From: Eubacterium sp.
GTDB taxonomy: Bacteria; Bacillota; Clostridia; Lachnospirales; Lachnospiraceae
Reading direction: 5' to 3'
Assembly (NCBI GenBank): GCA_017406925.1
Contig: JAFQXO010000009.1
Span: forward strand, 28,754 to 92,753
Length of the DNA stretch: 64,000 bases
This document shows, one piece after another, positions 9,147 through 17,686 of the stretch (position 1 is the first letter of the stretch; each line of letters starts with the position of its first letter). The notes under the pieces were generated by a model, which ran no database searches, was not told the DNA's origin, and saw nothing but the letters and a program-made list of their open reading frames with translations. The translations under genes were made by a program, and so were the position numbers.

Positions 9147-10190
9147 ATGAATAAGAGATTACTTAAAATGATTACCATTGTGGGCGTTATAGCATCACTT
9201 ATTGTGCCTTCGGCAATGATTTTTGCTGAGGATGATGGCACAACATGGGTAGATGGATCTGGCTTTGGTGCTAATATCGCATCGTATGTTAATGGCGAAT
9301 CGTATCCAACAGGAGCATATACTCACGGAGACGATATTAACGTTGAGACAGATGTGTATATTGGTTCAGAATCAAACAAAAAGCCAGGAACAAGAGAATT
9401 ATCTATTAAGGGCATCCAGGGTACTTCTGATGCTGGCATTCAATTAGCTCAATTCAAAGCTAAAGATAAAACATATGATTCTTATCTTACAGCAGATACT
9501 TGGTATGATTTTTCAGAATATAATCATCATCTAGACGCTTGGGCTAATGATTTAGATAGAGAAATCAAGGTTGCTTTTAGCCAGGATGGAATATATGAGT
9601 TTACACAGAGTTTTCTATTTGATGAGGATGAAGTTGGAATTCGCATCAAGAGATATTTCGTAATTAAGGATGGAACTTATACTGTTCTTATGAATGAACC
9701 TGAAACTACAACAGAAGCAACAACGGAAGCTCCTACAGAGGAGACAACAGAGGCACCTACAGAAAGTACTACAGTTGAGCCTACTACGGAAGCACCTACA
9801 GAAAGCACTACAGTAGAGCCTACTACAGAGGCGCCAACGGCTGAGACTACTACAGTAGCCCCAGAAACTACTAAGGTTACACCAACTACAACTGCTAAGG
9901 CTACAACTAAGAAGATTACTCTTGGCAAGGTTAAACTAAAGAAGCCTAAGAATAAGAAAAAGAGATCTGTACTTCTTAGATGGAAGAAAGTTAAGAATGC
10001 AAAGAAGTATCAGGTTCAGTATTCTAAGTCAAAGAAGTTTAAGAAGGCTAAATCTAAATATACTAAGAAACTTAAGATTAAGATCAAGAAGTTAAAGAAA
10101 AAGAAACAATACTACTTTAGAGTACGTGCTATTAACGGAAAAGTTAAGGGTAAGTGGTCTAAGAAGAAGAGAGTTAAAATTAAGAGATAA
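9147..10190 (+). CDS. Secreted protein: unknown acidic N-domain, Thr/Glu/Pro linker, basic C-terminal FN3-like domain
   Basis: Sec signal peptide; PT-rich linker; LRWKKVKNAKKYQVQYS..YYFRVRA FN3 pattern. Confidence 0.8.
   Translation: MNKRLLKMITIVGVIASLIVPSAMIFAEDDGTTWVDGSGFGANIASYVNGESYPTGAYTHGDDINVETDVYIGSESNKKPGTRELSIKGIQGTSDAGIQLAQFKAKDKTYDSYLTADTWYDFSEYNHHLDAWANDLDREIKVAFSQDGIYEFTQSFLFDEDEVGIRIKRYFVIKDGTYTVLMNEPETTTEATTEAPTEETTEAPTESTTVEPTTEAPTESTTVEPTTEAPTAETTTVAPETTKVTPTTTAKATTKKITLGKVKLKKPKNKKKRSVLLRWKKVKNAKKYQVQYSKSKKFKKAKSKYTKKLKIKIKKLKKKKQYYFRVRAINGKVKGKWSKKKRVKIKR
9750..9827 (+). repeat. Two near-identical 39-bp coding repeats (EAPTESTTVEPTT)
   Basis: Visible in both protein and DNA, with degenerate copies on either side. 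Confidence 0.75.
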
Positions 10191-10195
10191 CTATT

Positions 10196-10230
10196 AAAAG
10201 GGTTCCGCAAAGAATGCGGAGCCCTTTTTT
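10196..10230 (+). terminator. Intrinsic terminator
   Basis: aaaagggttccgca/tgcggagccctttt stem plus T run. Confidence 0.85.
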
Positions 10231-10392
10231 ATGGAATGAGATATTGCAATCTGTAATATTTCTATCAATATTTCATCATATTCGCGTTTTATAGTAATAA
10301 ATGAGGAAAAATTGGTTGTGATACTGACGTAATTCAGTACACGACTTTACTTTGCGCTCATTTCAAAAACTGAAACTTTTTCTAAAAAAGTT

Positions 10393-10431
10393 TGTAATAT
10401 ATTTGTAATATTTGCGTAAAAGTGTTACAAT
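10393..10431 (+). promoter_or_regulatory. WalR-type box overlapping a sigma-A promoter
   Basis: TGTAAT-atatt-TGTAAT (10393-10409) matches TGTWAH-N5-TGTWAH; -35 TTGTAA (10403-10408), 17-bp spacer, TGtTACAAT. Confidence 0.65.
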
Positions 10432-10481
10432 AGTACACAGTGAGATTGAGAGAGGTATTTTCTCAGAAAGGGATTAGTATT

Positions 10482-12278
10482 ATGAATTTGCCAATTAGAG
10501 CGATGAAGAGAATAGCATCATTGGTAGTTTGCTTGATTATGGTTGTTTCTATTATAGAAGTAATGCCAGTTGATACTCAGGCTGCAACTATGAAGTTGTC
10601 TAACACTTCTATTACTCTATACAAGGGTAAAACGAAAACACTATCAATTAAGAATAAGGGTAACGCCAAGGTTACTTGGAGTACTAACAACAAGTACGCT
10701 GTTAAAGTATCTGGCGGAACTGTAAAAGCACTCAAGCAGGGTGCAGCTACTGTGTATGCAAGATGCAAGGGAAAGACTTATGCATGTCGTGTAAAAATTC
10801 CTGATAACGCAAGAAAGATTACATTAAGTACCTATAAAATGAACTTAGCAGAGGGTAGACAGGTTAAACTAACATCTAAGTCTACAGCCAAGGTTACTTA
10901 CATTTCAATGAATGATGAGGTAGCATCAGTTACTACTAATGGTTTGGTTACTGCTAAGAACCCAGGAAAAGTGAAAATTATCGCCAAGAATAAGAGAGGC
11001 GCTAAAACTTGTACAGTTAACGTATTTGAAAAGGGCGGACTCGCAGCTAGTTCATGGCTTAAGAATAAGAAGATGAAAACTATTCGTCGTGTGACTGCCA
11101 AAGGCAATGTTAAATATGGCGCTATCACATGGGGTAAGAACAAGGCTATTGCACTTACTATTGATAATGTAAAAGAGTCTAAGGTTAAGAAAGTTACTTG
11201 GAAAGTGGACAATAATGAGATCGTTTCTAAACCTAAACACAACGGTGGAAAACTTAAAGCTGTAGCAGAGACATTGAAGTCTGGTCATGCGACAGTTACA
11301 GCTAAGGTTACATATAAGACTGGTAGTACAAAGACATATACTAACAACATCTATGTTACAAAACCTAAAGCTAACAAGGACAAGGTTGTATGTCTTACAG
11401 GAAAGATTGGATCATACAGACATCAGTATATAGCTATCGAAGGCCTTTCATCTTACAGTAAGGTTGATTGGAGCAATTCAAACACTAAGGCTGTTAAGGC
11501 TACTGGTTACAGAAATAAGATTAAACTTTATGGAAAGAAGAAGGGTAAAGGTGTCATCACAGCCAAGGTTGACGGAAAGACTCTTAAGATTCCATATTCA
11601 GTAAAGAAGCCTACTATTAAGAAAGTATCTGGCATCATTGCCCAGGGCAAATCAAAGAAGATTGTCGTAAGTGGCGTTGCTGGAGCAAAGGTTTCATTCA
11701 GCAGTAGAGATACAGCAGTTGCTGTAGTTAATGCAGCGGGTAAAGTTACTGCCAAGTCAGGCGGTGTTACATATATTGACGTGAAGGTTGGAAACATGAA
11801 CTTCACAAACAGAGTTGAGTGTGCATCTAAAGGTATGAAGACTATCATCAACCGTGCACAGTGGATTTGTAACAACTGGACATACAGCCAGGGTGCTCGT
11901 ATGAGCAATGGTTACTATGATTGTTCATCACTTGTTTGGAAAGGTTACAAAGCTTACAACAACTACAACCTCAAACTCGGTGGAATGAAGAACGCAGCTC
12001 TTTGTGCAGCAGACCTTTACACATGGCTTTCTGCCAGAGGCAAGATTGTCTACACTGGATTTACATGTCTAGATGACCTTCAGCCTGGAGACTTGTTCTT
12101 CTACGGAGACTACAACAATGCTTGTAAGTACTCTACACCAGGTAGAACACTTAATATCTATCACGTAGCTATGTACCGCGGAGCCGGTCGTGTGGTAGAA
12201 AAGGGTGGAAAGAACGGTAGAAAATATAACTATAACGGAACACAATATATCGTTGGTGTTGGCCGAGTAGTTAAATAA
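10482..12278 (+). CDS. Secreted Big_2 Ig-like repeat protein with C-terminal NlpC/P60 peptidoglycan hydrolase domain
   Basis: Signal peptide; repeated VTWS..VA.V..G.VTA units; YSQGAR..YDCSSLV, LQPGDLFFY, HVAMY; RBS gaaaggga before ATG 10482. Confidence 0.9.
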   Translation: MNLPIRAMKRIASLVVCLIMVVSIIEVMPVDTQAATMKLSNTSITLYKGKTKTLSIKNKGNAKVTWSTNNKYAVKVSGGTVKALKQGAATVYARCKGKTYACRVKIPDNARKITLSTYKMNLAEGRQVKLTSKSTAKVTYISMNDEVASVTTNGLVTAKNPGKVKIIAKNKRGAKTCTVNVFEKGGLAASSWLKNKKMKTIRRVTAKGNVKYGAITWGKNKAIALTIDNVKESKVKKVTWKVDNNEIVSKPKHNGGKLKAVAETLKSGHATVTAKVTYKTGSTKTYTNNIYVTKPKANKDKVVCLTGKIGSYRHQYIAIEGLSSYSKVDWSNSNTKAVKATGYRNKIKLYGKKKGKGVITAKVDGKTLKIPYSVKKPTIKKVSGIIAQGKSKKIVVSGVAGAKVSFSSRDTAVAVVNAAGKVTAKSGGVTYIDVKVGNMNFTNRVECASKGMKTIINRAQWICNNWTYSQGARMSNGYYDCSSLVWKGYKAYNNYNLKLGGMKNAALCAADLYTWLSARGKIVYTGFTCLDDLQPGDLFFYGDYNNACKYSTPGRTLNIYHVAMYRGAGRVVEKGGKNGRKYNYNGTQYIVGVGRVVK

Positions 12279-12299
12279 TTTAAAGATTTATAAGCTATT

Positions 12300-12329
12300 A
12301 AATCCGGAGAAGAAATTCTCCGGATTTTC
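12300..12329 (+). terminator. Intrinsic terminator
   Basis: aaatccggagaa/ttctccggattt perfect 12-bp stem. Confidence 0.8.
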
Positions 12330-12352
12330 TTTATTTATAGGGGTTTCGAACC

Positions 12353-12381
12353 TTGAAAACAGTCCGTTTTTATGGTATATT
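12353..12381 (+). promoter_or_regulatory. sigma-A promoter of the rpsF operon
   Basis: TTGAAA-17-TATATT with TG extension. Confidence 0.7.
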
Positions 12382-12425
12382 CTTTCCTTGTGATGTATAT
12401 TAACACTCCGCATTTTTAGTGTGGA

Positions 12426-12465
12426 ATCCTTGCTCTCATTAGAGGGCCAGAGACCAGAAGGAGGT
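12426..12465 (+). ncRNA. S6:S18 ribosomal protein leader (cis-regulatory RNA)
   Basis: tcctt anti-SD, ctct/agag hairpin, CCR motifs (gggCCAgagaCCAg) and aaggagg directly before rpsF. Confidence 0.8.
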
Positions 12466-12472
12466 AAAAAGC

Positions 12473-12763
12473 ATGAACAAATATGAATTAACTATTGTTG
12501 TTAGTGCTAGTATTGAAGAAGAGCAGAGAAATGCTATCGTTGAGAAAGTTCAAGAGTACATTACTCGTTACGATGGCAGAATCTCAGGTATCGATGAGGC
12601 AGGTCTTAAAGACTTAGCTTATCCTATCGAGAAGATGTCACAAGGTTATTACTACTTCTTCACTATTGATACTGATAACAAGGAGATTGCCCATGATTTA
12701 GAGCGTAAGCTTCGCATTATGGATGAAGTTATCAGATTTATGTGTGTAGCAGTAGAAGCTTAG
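12473..12763 (+). CDS. rpsF: 30S ribosomal protein S6
   Basis: MNKYEL..LAYPIEK..GYY..VIRFM. Confidence 0.97.
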   Translation: MNKYELTIVVSASIEEEQRNAIVEKVQEYITRYDGRISGIDEAGLKDLAYPIEKMSQGYYYFFTIDTDNKEIAHDLERKLRIMDEVIRFMCVAVEA

Positions 12764-12788
12764 TTTTAAATTTGAAAGAGGTATTATA

Positions 12789-13241
12789 ATGAATAAAGTA
12801 ATGTTAATGGGTCGTTTAACAAGAGATCCAGAAGTAAATTATTCCACATCAGGTGGAGATCAACTTGCGATTGCTAGATATACTTTGGCAGTAGATCGCA
12901 GATTTAAGAGAGATGGAGATCAGACAGCAGATTTTATTCGCTGTGTAGCATTCGGCAGATCAGCTGAGTTCGCTGAGAAGTATTTCCATCAGGGTATAAA
13001 AATCATAGTTGAAGGTCGTATTCAGACTGGTAGCTATGAGAATAAGGAAGGACAGAGAGTCTACACGACAGATGTTATCGTGGAGAACCAGGAGTTTGCT
13101 GAGAGCAAAGCTGCTTCAGAGCAGAATTCTCAGAAGCCTGTAGCTCAGCCGGATGAGAAGGAGCCTACTGCAGATGCAGGTGACGGTTTCATGAACATCC
13201 CTGACAGCGTGGATGATTCAGGTCTTCCATTCAATTTCTAA
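12789..13241 (+). CDS. ssb: Single-stranded DNA-binding protein
   Basis: MNKVMLMGRLTRDPE..ADFIRCVAFG..acidic tail ending LPFNF. Confidence 0.97.
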   Translation: MNKVMLMGRLTRDPEVNYSTSGGDQLAIARYTLAVDRRFKRDGDQTADFIRCVAFGRSAEFAEKYFHQGIKIIVEGRIQTGSYENKEGQRVYTTDVIVENQEFAESKAASEQNSQKPVAQPDEKEPTADAGDGFMNIPDSVDDSGLPFNF

Positions 13242-13269
13242 AGAGTTAAGTAAATAGGAGGTCATATTA

Positions 13270-13533
13270 ATGGCATATAATAAAAGTGAAAGACCAGACT
13301 CTCCAATGAGAAGAAGAGGCGGTCGTAGAAGAAAAAAGGTTTGCCAATTCTGTGCAGACCCAACAAAGACTATTGACTATAAGGATGTGGCTACACTTCA
13401 GAGATTCGTATCTGAGAGAGGTAAGATTCTTCCAAGACGTGTGACAGGAAACTGTGCTCGTCATCAGAGAGCGATGACTACAGCCATCAAGAGAGCTAGA
13501 AATATCGCACTCATGCCTTATACAGTAGAATAA
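13270..13533 (+). CDS. rpsR: 30S ribosomal protein S18 (Zn-binding form)
   Basis: [28 protein letters not shown]. Confidence 0.97.
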   Translation: MAYNKSERPDSPMRRRGGRRRKKVCQFCADPTKTIDYKDVATLQRFVSERGKILPRRVTGNCARHQRAMTTAIKRARNIALMPYTVE

Positions 13534-13541
13534 GAATTTTC

Positions 13542-13571
13542 AAGCGGGCTATTTATAGCCCGCTTTTCTTA
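13542..13571 (+). terminator. Terminator of rpsF-ssb-rpsR
   Basis: aagcgggcta/tagcccgctt plus T-rich tail. Confidence 0.85.
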
Positions 13572-13614
13572 TGATAAAATAAAACGGAATAAGGTACGTA
13601 AAAGGAGAGGGAAC

Positions 13615-15555
13615 ATGTATAATAGACGAGCATTAAAAAAGGCTGGTAGACAGACTATCAAGAAGCACTATTGGATGCTTCTTTTAATATGTCTTTTTGC
13701 TGCAGTAATTGGAACATCTTTTTCAGATGACTTGGCATTCCTGACATTTGGAAGTGCTAATGTTGATGAAATACAAGACGTTATTAAAGATACCAAAGAC
13801 AAGGGTATGAATGGAATAATAAAGAGGCTTGTAGTTGGTGACGAAAAGGGTGGACAAAAAATAGTTGATGCAGCTATTAAGAATGAGGAAGAGTCCAGTG
13901 AAAAAATAGGAGTGGTTGAAGTAGGTAGAAAGAGTGGATTCCTTGCCACGGCTATCAATACTGTTTCATCAGGCAAACTCTTTATGAATATATATCAGTC
14001 GGCGAAATCCCTGACAGGATCCTATAGGTGGGGAGTTGGAATAGCAATTGTCATAGCTATGCTCATATACCTATTGATGTTTGCGTTCATACAAAATGTT
14101 TACGAGGTAGTAGCGGCCAGGCTGATTCTTGAAGGAAGAACATATAAAAAAGTTCCTTTCGGAAGAGCGATGTTTATCTTTAGAGCGAAAAGATGGAGAA
14201 GAACTGCCTGGACGATGTTGCTCAAATTTATTTATCATTCATTGTGGTCGCTCACCATTGTTGGCTACTTTATAAAGAGATATTCATATTCTATGGTTCC
14301 ATATATCGTAGCGGAGAATCCGGATATAAAAGCTAACGAAGCCATCACGCTATCAAGAAAGATGATGGATGGACATAAGATGCAAAAATTCGTTCTGGAC
14401 CTTTCATTTTGGTATTGGCACATAGTTAACTTTTTTACATTGGGATTATTCGGAGTATTATTCTTGAACCCATATACATCTTCAGTCGATGCCGAGTATT
14501 ATTCATATATAAGAGATCGAGCTTTTGTGAATCACGTAGAAAATTCAAAAGTATTAAACGACAAATATCTCTTTACGAAAGCATCAGAGAAAAATATCAA
14601 TCAAGCATATAGCGACATAATAGAAAAGAAGAGTTCATTTGAGATGCCAGAGGAAAGAAAAGGTTTCTGGGGATTCTTGGAAAACACAATTGGTCTTGTT
14701 CTTATATATGATGATAAGGAAAAAGAATATCGCCGTGCTATGCAAAAGAAGAATGAGATAGATGCCTACGAGGGTGCTATTAAAGGTGAAGAATATCCTT
14801 TGAGAATGAATCCGATAATGATGGACAAAGGAAAGAAGACAGATACGCTCATTCATACAAGACACTACTCGCTCTTGAATGTAATCATGATATTCTTTAT
14901 CGTTTGTTTCATTGGCTGGATATGGGAGGTTACACTACACCTCATCTCAGAGGGAGTATTCGTAAACCGCGGAACACTTTATGGACCTTGGCTTCCAATT
15001 TATGGTGGCGGCGGAGTAGCGATATTACTCTTGCTCCATAAGTTTAAAACAAAATCACCGGGTGTCGTATTCGCGCTATCGTTCATCATTTGTGGAGTAA
15101 TAGAGTACGTATCCGGATGGTCAATAGAACATTCAACAGGATTAAGATATTGGGATTATCGTGGACACTTCCTGAACATTAACGGTTATGTCTGCGCTGA
15201 AGGATTGCTAATCTTCGGTTTGGCAGGAGTAGCAGGATTGTTCCTCTTATTCCCAATTCTTGATAACTTCCTTATGCGCATTCCATTTAAGGTGGCCTTG
15301 CCAATGGTAGTTGTTGTTGTCGCAATATTTATCGCAGACAACATCTATTCGAAGAAGGTACCGAATGTAGAGGGAATGTCACAGAATGCGAGAATAGACT
15401 ACTTAAATAAACACCCGCAGGAGAAAGCAAAGTACTATAAGAAATACCCGCAATTAAAAAAAGAAGACGAGTCAAAAGAAAACCCGACAACAGAAGCTCA
15501 AACTAAGGAAAATCCAACAACAGCAAGTGTGACAAAAGAAGAAAAGGATGATTAA
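13615..15555 (+). CDS. DUF975 fused to putative ABC-transporter permease CmpB/DUF1113 domain
   Basis: YSYSMVPYIVAENPD..AITLSRKMMDGHK (DUF975); GWIWEV..FVNRGTLYGPWLPIYG..YWDY..NINGYVC (CmpB-like). Confidence 0.8.
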   Translation: MYNRRALKKAGRQTIKKHYWMLLLICLFAAVIGTSFSDDLAFLTFGSANVDEIQDVIKDTKDKGMNGIIKRLVVGDEKGGQKIVDAAIKNEEESSEKIGVVEVGRKSGFLATAINTVSSGKLFMNIYQSAKSLTGSYRWGVGIAIVIAMLIYLLMFAFIQNVYEVVAARLILEGRTYKKVPFGRAMFIFRAKRWRRTAWTMLLKFIYHSLWSLTIVGYFIKRYSYSMVPYIVAENPDIKANEAITLSRKMMDGHKMQKFVLDLSFWYWHIVNFFTLGLFGVLFLNPYTSSVDAEYYSYIRDRAFVNHVENSKVLNDKYLFTKASEKNINQAYSDIIEKKSSFEMPEERKGFWGFLENTIGLVLIYDDKEKEYRRAMQKKNEIDAYEGAIKGEEYPLRMNPIMMDKGKKTDTLIHTRHYSLLNVIMIFFIVCFIGWIWEVTLHLISEGVFVNRGTLYGPWLPIYGGGGVAILLLLHKFKTKSPGVVFALSFIICGVIEYVSGWSIEHSTGLRYWDYRGHFLNINGYVCAEGLLIFGLAGVAGLFLLFPILDNFLMRIPFKVALPMVVVVVAIFIADNIYSKKVPNVEGMSQNARIDYLNKHPQEKAKYYKKYPQLKKEDESKENPTTEAQTKENPTTASVTKEEKDD

Positions 15556-15570
15556 ATTGCCGGAGGCAAT

Positions 15571-15607
15571 AAAAAAGAAGGTTGTAAGATAATTACAACC
15601 TTCTTTT
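15571..15607. terminator. Bidirectional terminator between convergent genes
   Basis: aaaagaaggttgtaa/ttacaaccttctttt. Confidence 0.85.
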
Positions 15608-15625
15608 AATATGTTTGTTTAAAAA

Positions 15626-16057
15626 TTAGATATTAGCTATTTCTTTTTGACTTACTAATTCTGCGCCATTTGCTTTTAGAATATTAACAACCTCTTCATT
15701 GTCGTCAACCTTGAATACCATAATGGCATTGTTGTTTTCCTTTGAGATGAAAGCGTAGCAGTACTCTACGTTGGTGTTGGCATCTGAAAGGATATTTGAA
15801 ATCTTTGCAAGTGATCCTGGTTTATCAGGAATCTTAACTCCGATAACCTTTGTTACATTACAAACCCAATCATTTTCCTTGAGAGCGTTTATCATAGCCG
15901 TTGGATCATCAACGATGAATCTGATAATGCCGTAGTCGCTAGCATCGGCCACTTCCAAAGCTCTCATGTTAATATTTTTCTCAGCAATGAAGTTTGTAAG
16001 ATCAAACAACTTGCCTGGTTTATTTTCTACAAAAACAGATATCTGATCAATATACAT
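15626..16057 (-). CDS. Tandem ACT domain protein
   Basis: QISVFVENKPGKL and IPDKPGSL; usual neighbour of paaK. Confidence 0.9.
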   Translation of the reverse strand: MYIDQISVFVENKPGKLFDLTNFIAEKNINMRALEVADASDYGIIRFIVDDPTAMINALKENDWVCNVTKVIGVKIPDKPGSLAKISNILSDANTNVEYCYAFISKENNNAIMVFKVDDNEEVVNILKANGAELVSQKEIANI

Positions 16058-16068
16058 ATCAAGACCTC

Positions 16069-17367
16069 CTATATCTTTCTCTTATCAATAACGCGAACCG
16101 CCTTACCTTCAGAACGCTCTATTGATTTTGGTGAAACAAGTGAAACTTTAGCATAAATACCAAGCATGCTCTTTAGGGCTGATACAATCTTTCGTTCAGT
16201 CTTCTCAATAGTACCAACAGTATCTGAGAACATCTCAGGTGTCATCTCAACTAGAACTTCTAAAGTATCGCTATTGTTAACTCTATCAACAATCAACTGA
16301 TAGTTAGGTGTAAGTTTCTGGTTAATCAACACTTCCTCAATCTGTGAAGGGAATACATTTACACCCTTGATAATGAGCATATCATCAGTTCTTCCCATGA
16401 GACGCTGGATGCGGGCATGTGTACGACCGCAAGCACATTTCTCGTGAGTTAGACTTGTTATATCTCTTGTTCTGTAACGAAGAAGTGGCATTGCTTTCTT
16501 TGAAATACAAGTAAATACTAATTCACCTTTTTCACCGTCAGGGAGAACTTCACCAGTTTCTGGATCTATTATTTCAGGGATGAAGTGGTCTTCATTAACG
16601 TGCAAACCATTTTGCTCTCCACATTCAAAAGCCACTCCAGGACCACTGATTTCTGTCAAACCATATATATCATGAGCCTTAATATTAAGTTTCTTTTCTA
16701 TGTCGCCACGCATCTCTTCAGACCAAGCCTCGGCACCGAAAATACCGGCTTTTAAGTGAAGATTGTCTACGACACCCCTCTCTATAGCCGACTCGGCAAG
16801 ATATGCTCCGTAGGATGGTGTACAACAAAGAATAGTAGACTTCAAATCTTGCATAAACTGAAGCTGACGATCTGTGTTACCTGATGACATAGGGAGTGTA
16901 AGCGAACCAACCATGTGTGATCCGCCGTTCAAACCAGCACCACCGGTAAATAGACCGTATCCGTAAGAAACATGAACTACGTCGGATTTAGAACATCCCG
17001 CAGCCACGAGAGCACGAGCACAACACTCGTCCCAAATACGAATATCATCCTGAGTGTAGTAAACAACTACACGACGGCCAGTCGTACCAGAAGTAGACTG
17101 GATACGCACGCAATCCTCAAGAGGTAATGCAAGCATTCCGTCAGGATATTCATTTCTCAAATCATCTTTTACTACGAAAGGAAGTTTGTGAAGATCCTCT
17201 ATGCCTTTGATATCTGATGGGGTAATACCTTTTTCATCCATCTTTGCCTTGTAGGCAGGCACATTGTTGTAAACATGATTGACAGTTTCCACCAATCGTT
17301 CGTTCTGGAGCTTCTCTAATTCCTCTCTAGATATTGTTTCAATATCTTCTTGGAAATATTTACTCAT
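16069..17367 (-). CDS. paaK: Phenylacetate-CoA ligase
   Basis: STSGTTG, YGYGLFTGG, DIYGLTE, PLLRYRTRD, GRTDDMLIIKGVNVFP, EGKAVRV. Confidence 0.93.
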   Translation of the reverse strand: MSKYFQEDIETISREELEKLQNERLVETVNHVYNNVPAYKAKMDEKGITPSDIKGIEDLHKLPFVVKDDLRNEYPDGMLALPLEDCVRIQSTSGTTGRRVVVYYTQDDIRIWDECCARALVAAGCSKSDVVHVSYGYGLFTGGAGLNGGSHMVGSLTLPMSSGNTDRQLQFMQDLKSTILCCTPSYGAYLAESAIERGVVDNLHLKAGIFGAEAWSEEMRGDIEKKLNIKAHDIYGLTEISGPGVAFECGEQNGLHVNEDHFIPEIIDPETGEVLPDGEKGELVFTCISKKAMPLLRYRTRDITSLTHEKCACGRTHARIQRLMGRTDDMLIIKGVNVFPSQIEEVLINQKLTPNYQLIVDRVNNSDTLEVLVEMTPEMFSDTVGTIEKTERKIVSALKSMLGIYAKVSLVSPKSIERSEGKAVRVIDKRKI

Positions 17368-17585
17368 AATAAAACACCCTTAAAAAAAATAGTCAGCAAC
17401 TTTGCTTATGCCTTCGGCAACTAGTAAGTTACTGCATTGGTACTATTTTACAATAAACACCTTACTTTATCAATAAAAATAAGCCTTTTAGGACGAGTTG
17501 AAATATTAAAAAGTATCAAGTTTAAAATATTAAGTGGTGAAATATGTACTTAAAAAGCACAAAAATTAAACACCTAAATAAAAAA

Positions 17586-17618
17586 TTGACACTTTTTGAT
17601 AAAGATGTTAATATTAAC
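17586..17618 (+). promoter_or_regulatory. sigma-A promoter of GH3 gene with overlapping 12-bp palindrome
   Basis: TTGACA-17-TAATAT with TG extension; GTTAATATTAAC at 17607-17618. Confidence 0.65.
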
Positions 17619-17686
17619 GTACATTGTGGAATCATGTGCGGAAATGGATAGACTTACACTAAAAATTATTGCACGAGGAGTAATGA

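Noticed and set aside
9700-9910. Repeats as a CRISPR array
   Set aside because: In-frame coding repeats of a Thr/Pro linker with no unique spacers and no cas genes
8980-12278. tRNA-Cys as an integration site for the downstream surface-protein genes
   Set aside because: No integrase and no duplicated tRNA 3' end noticed; the tRNA has its own terminator and the genes have host-like codon use
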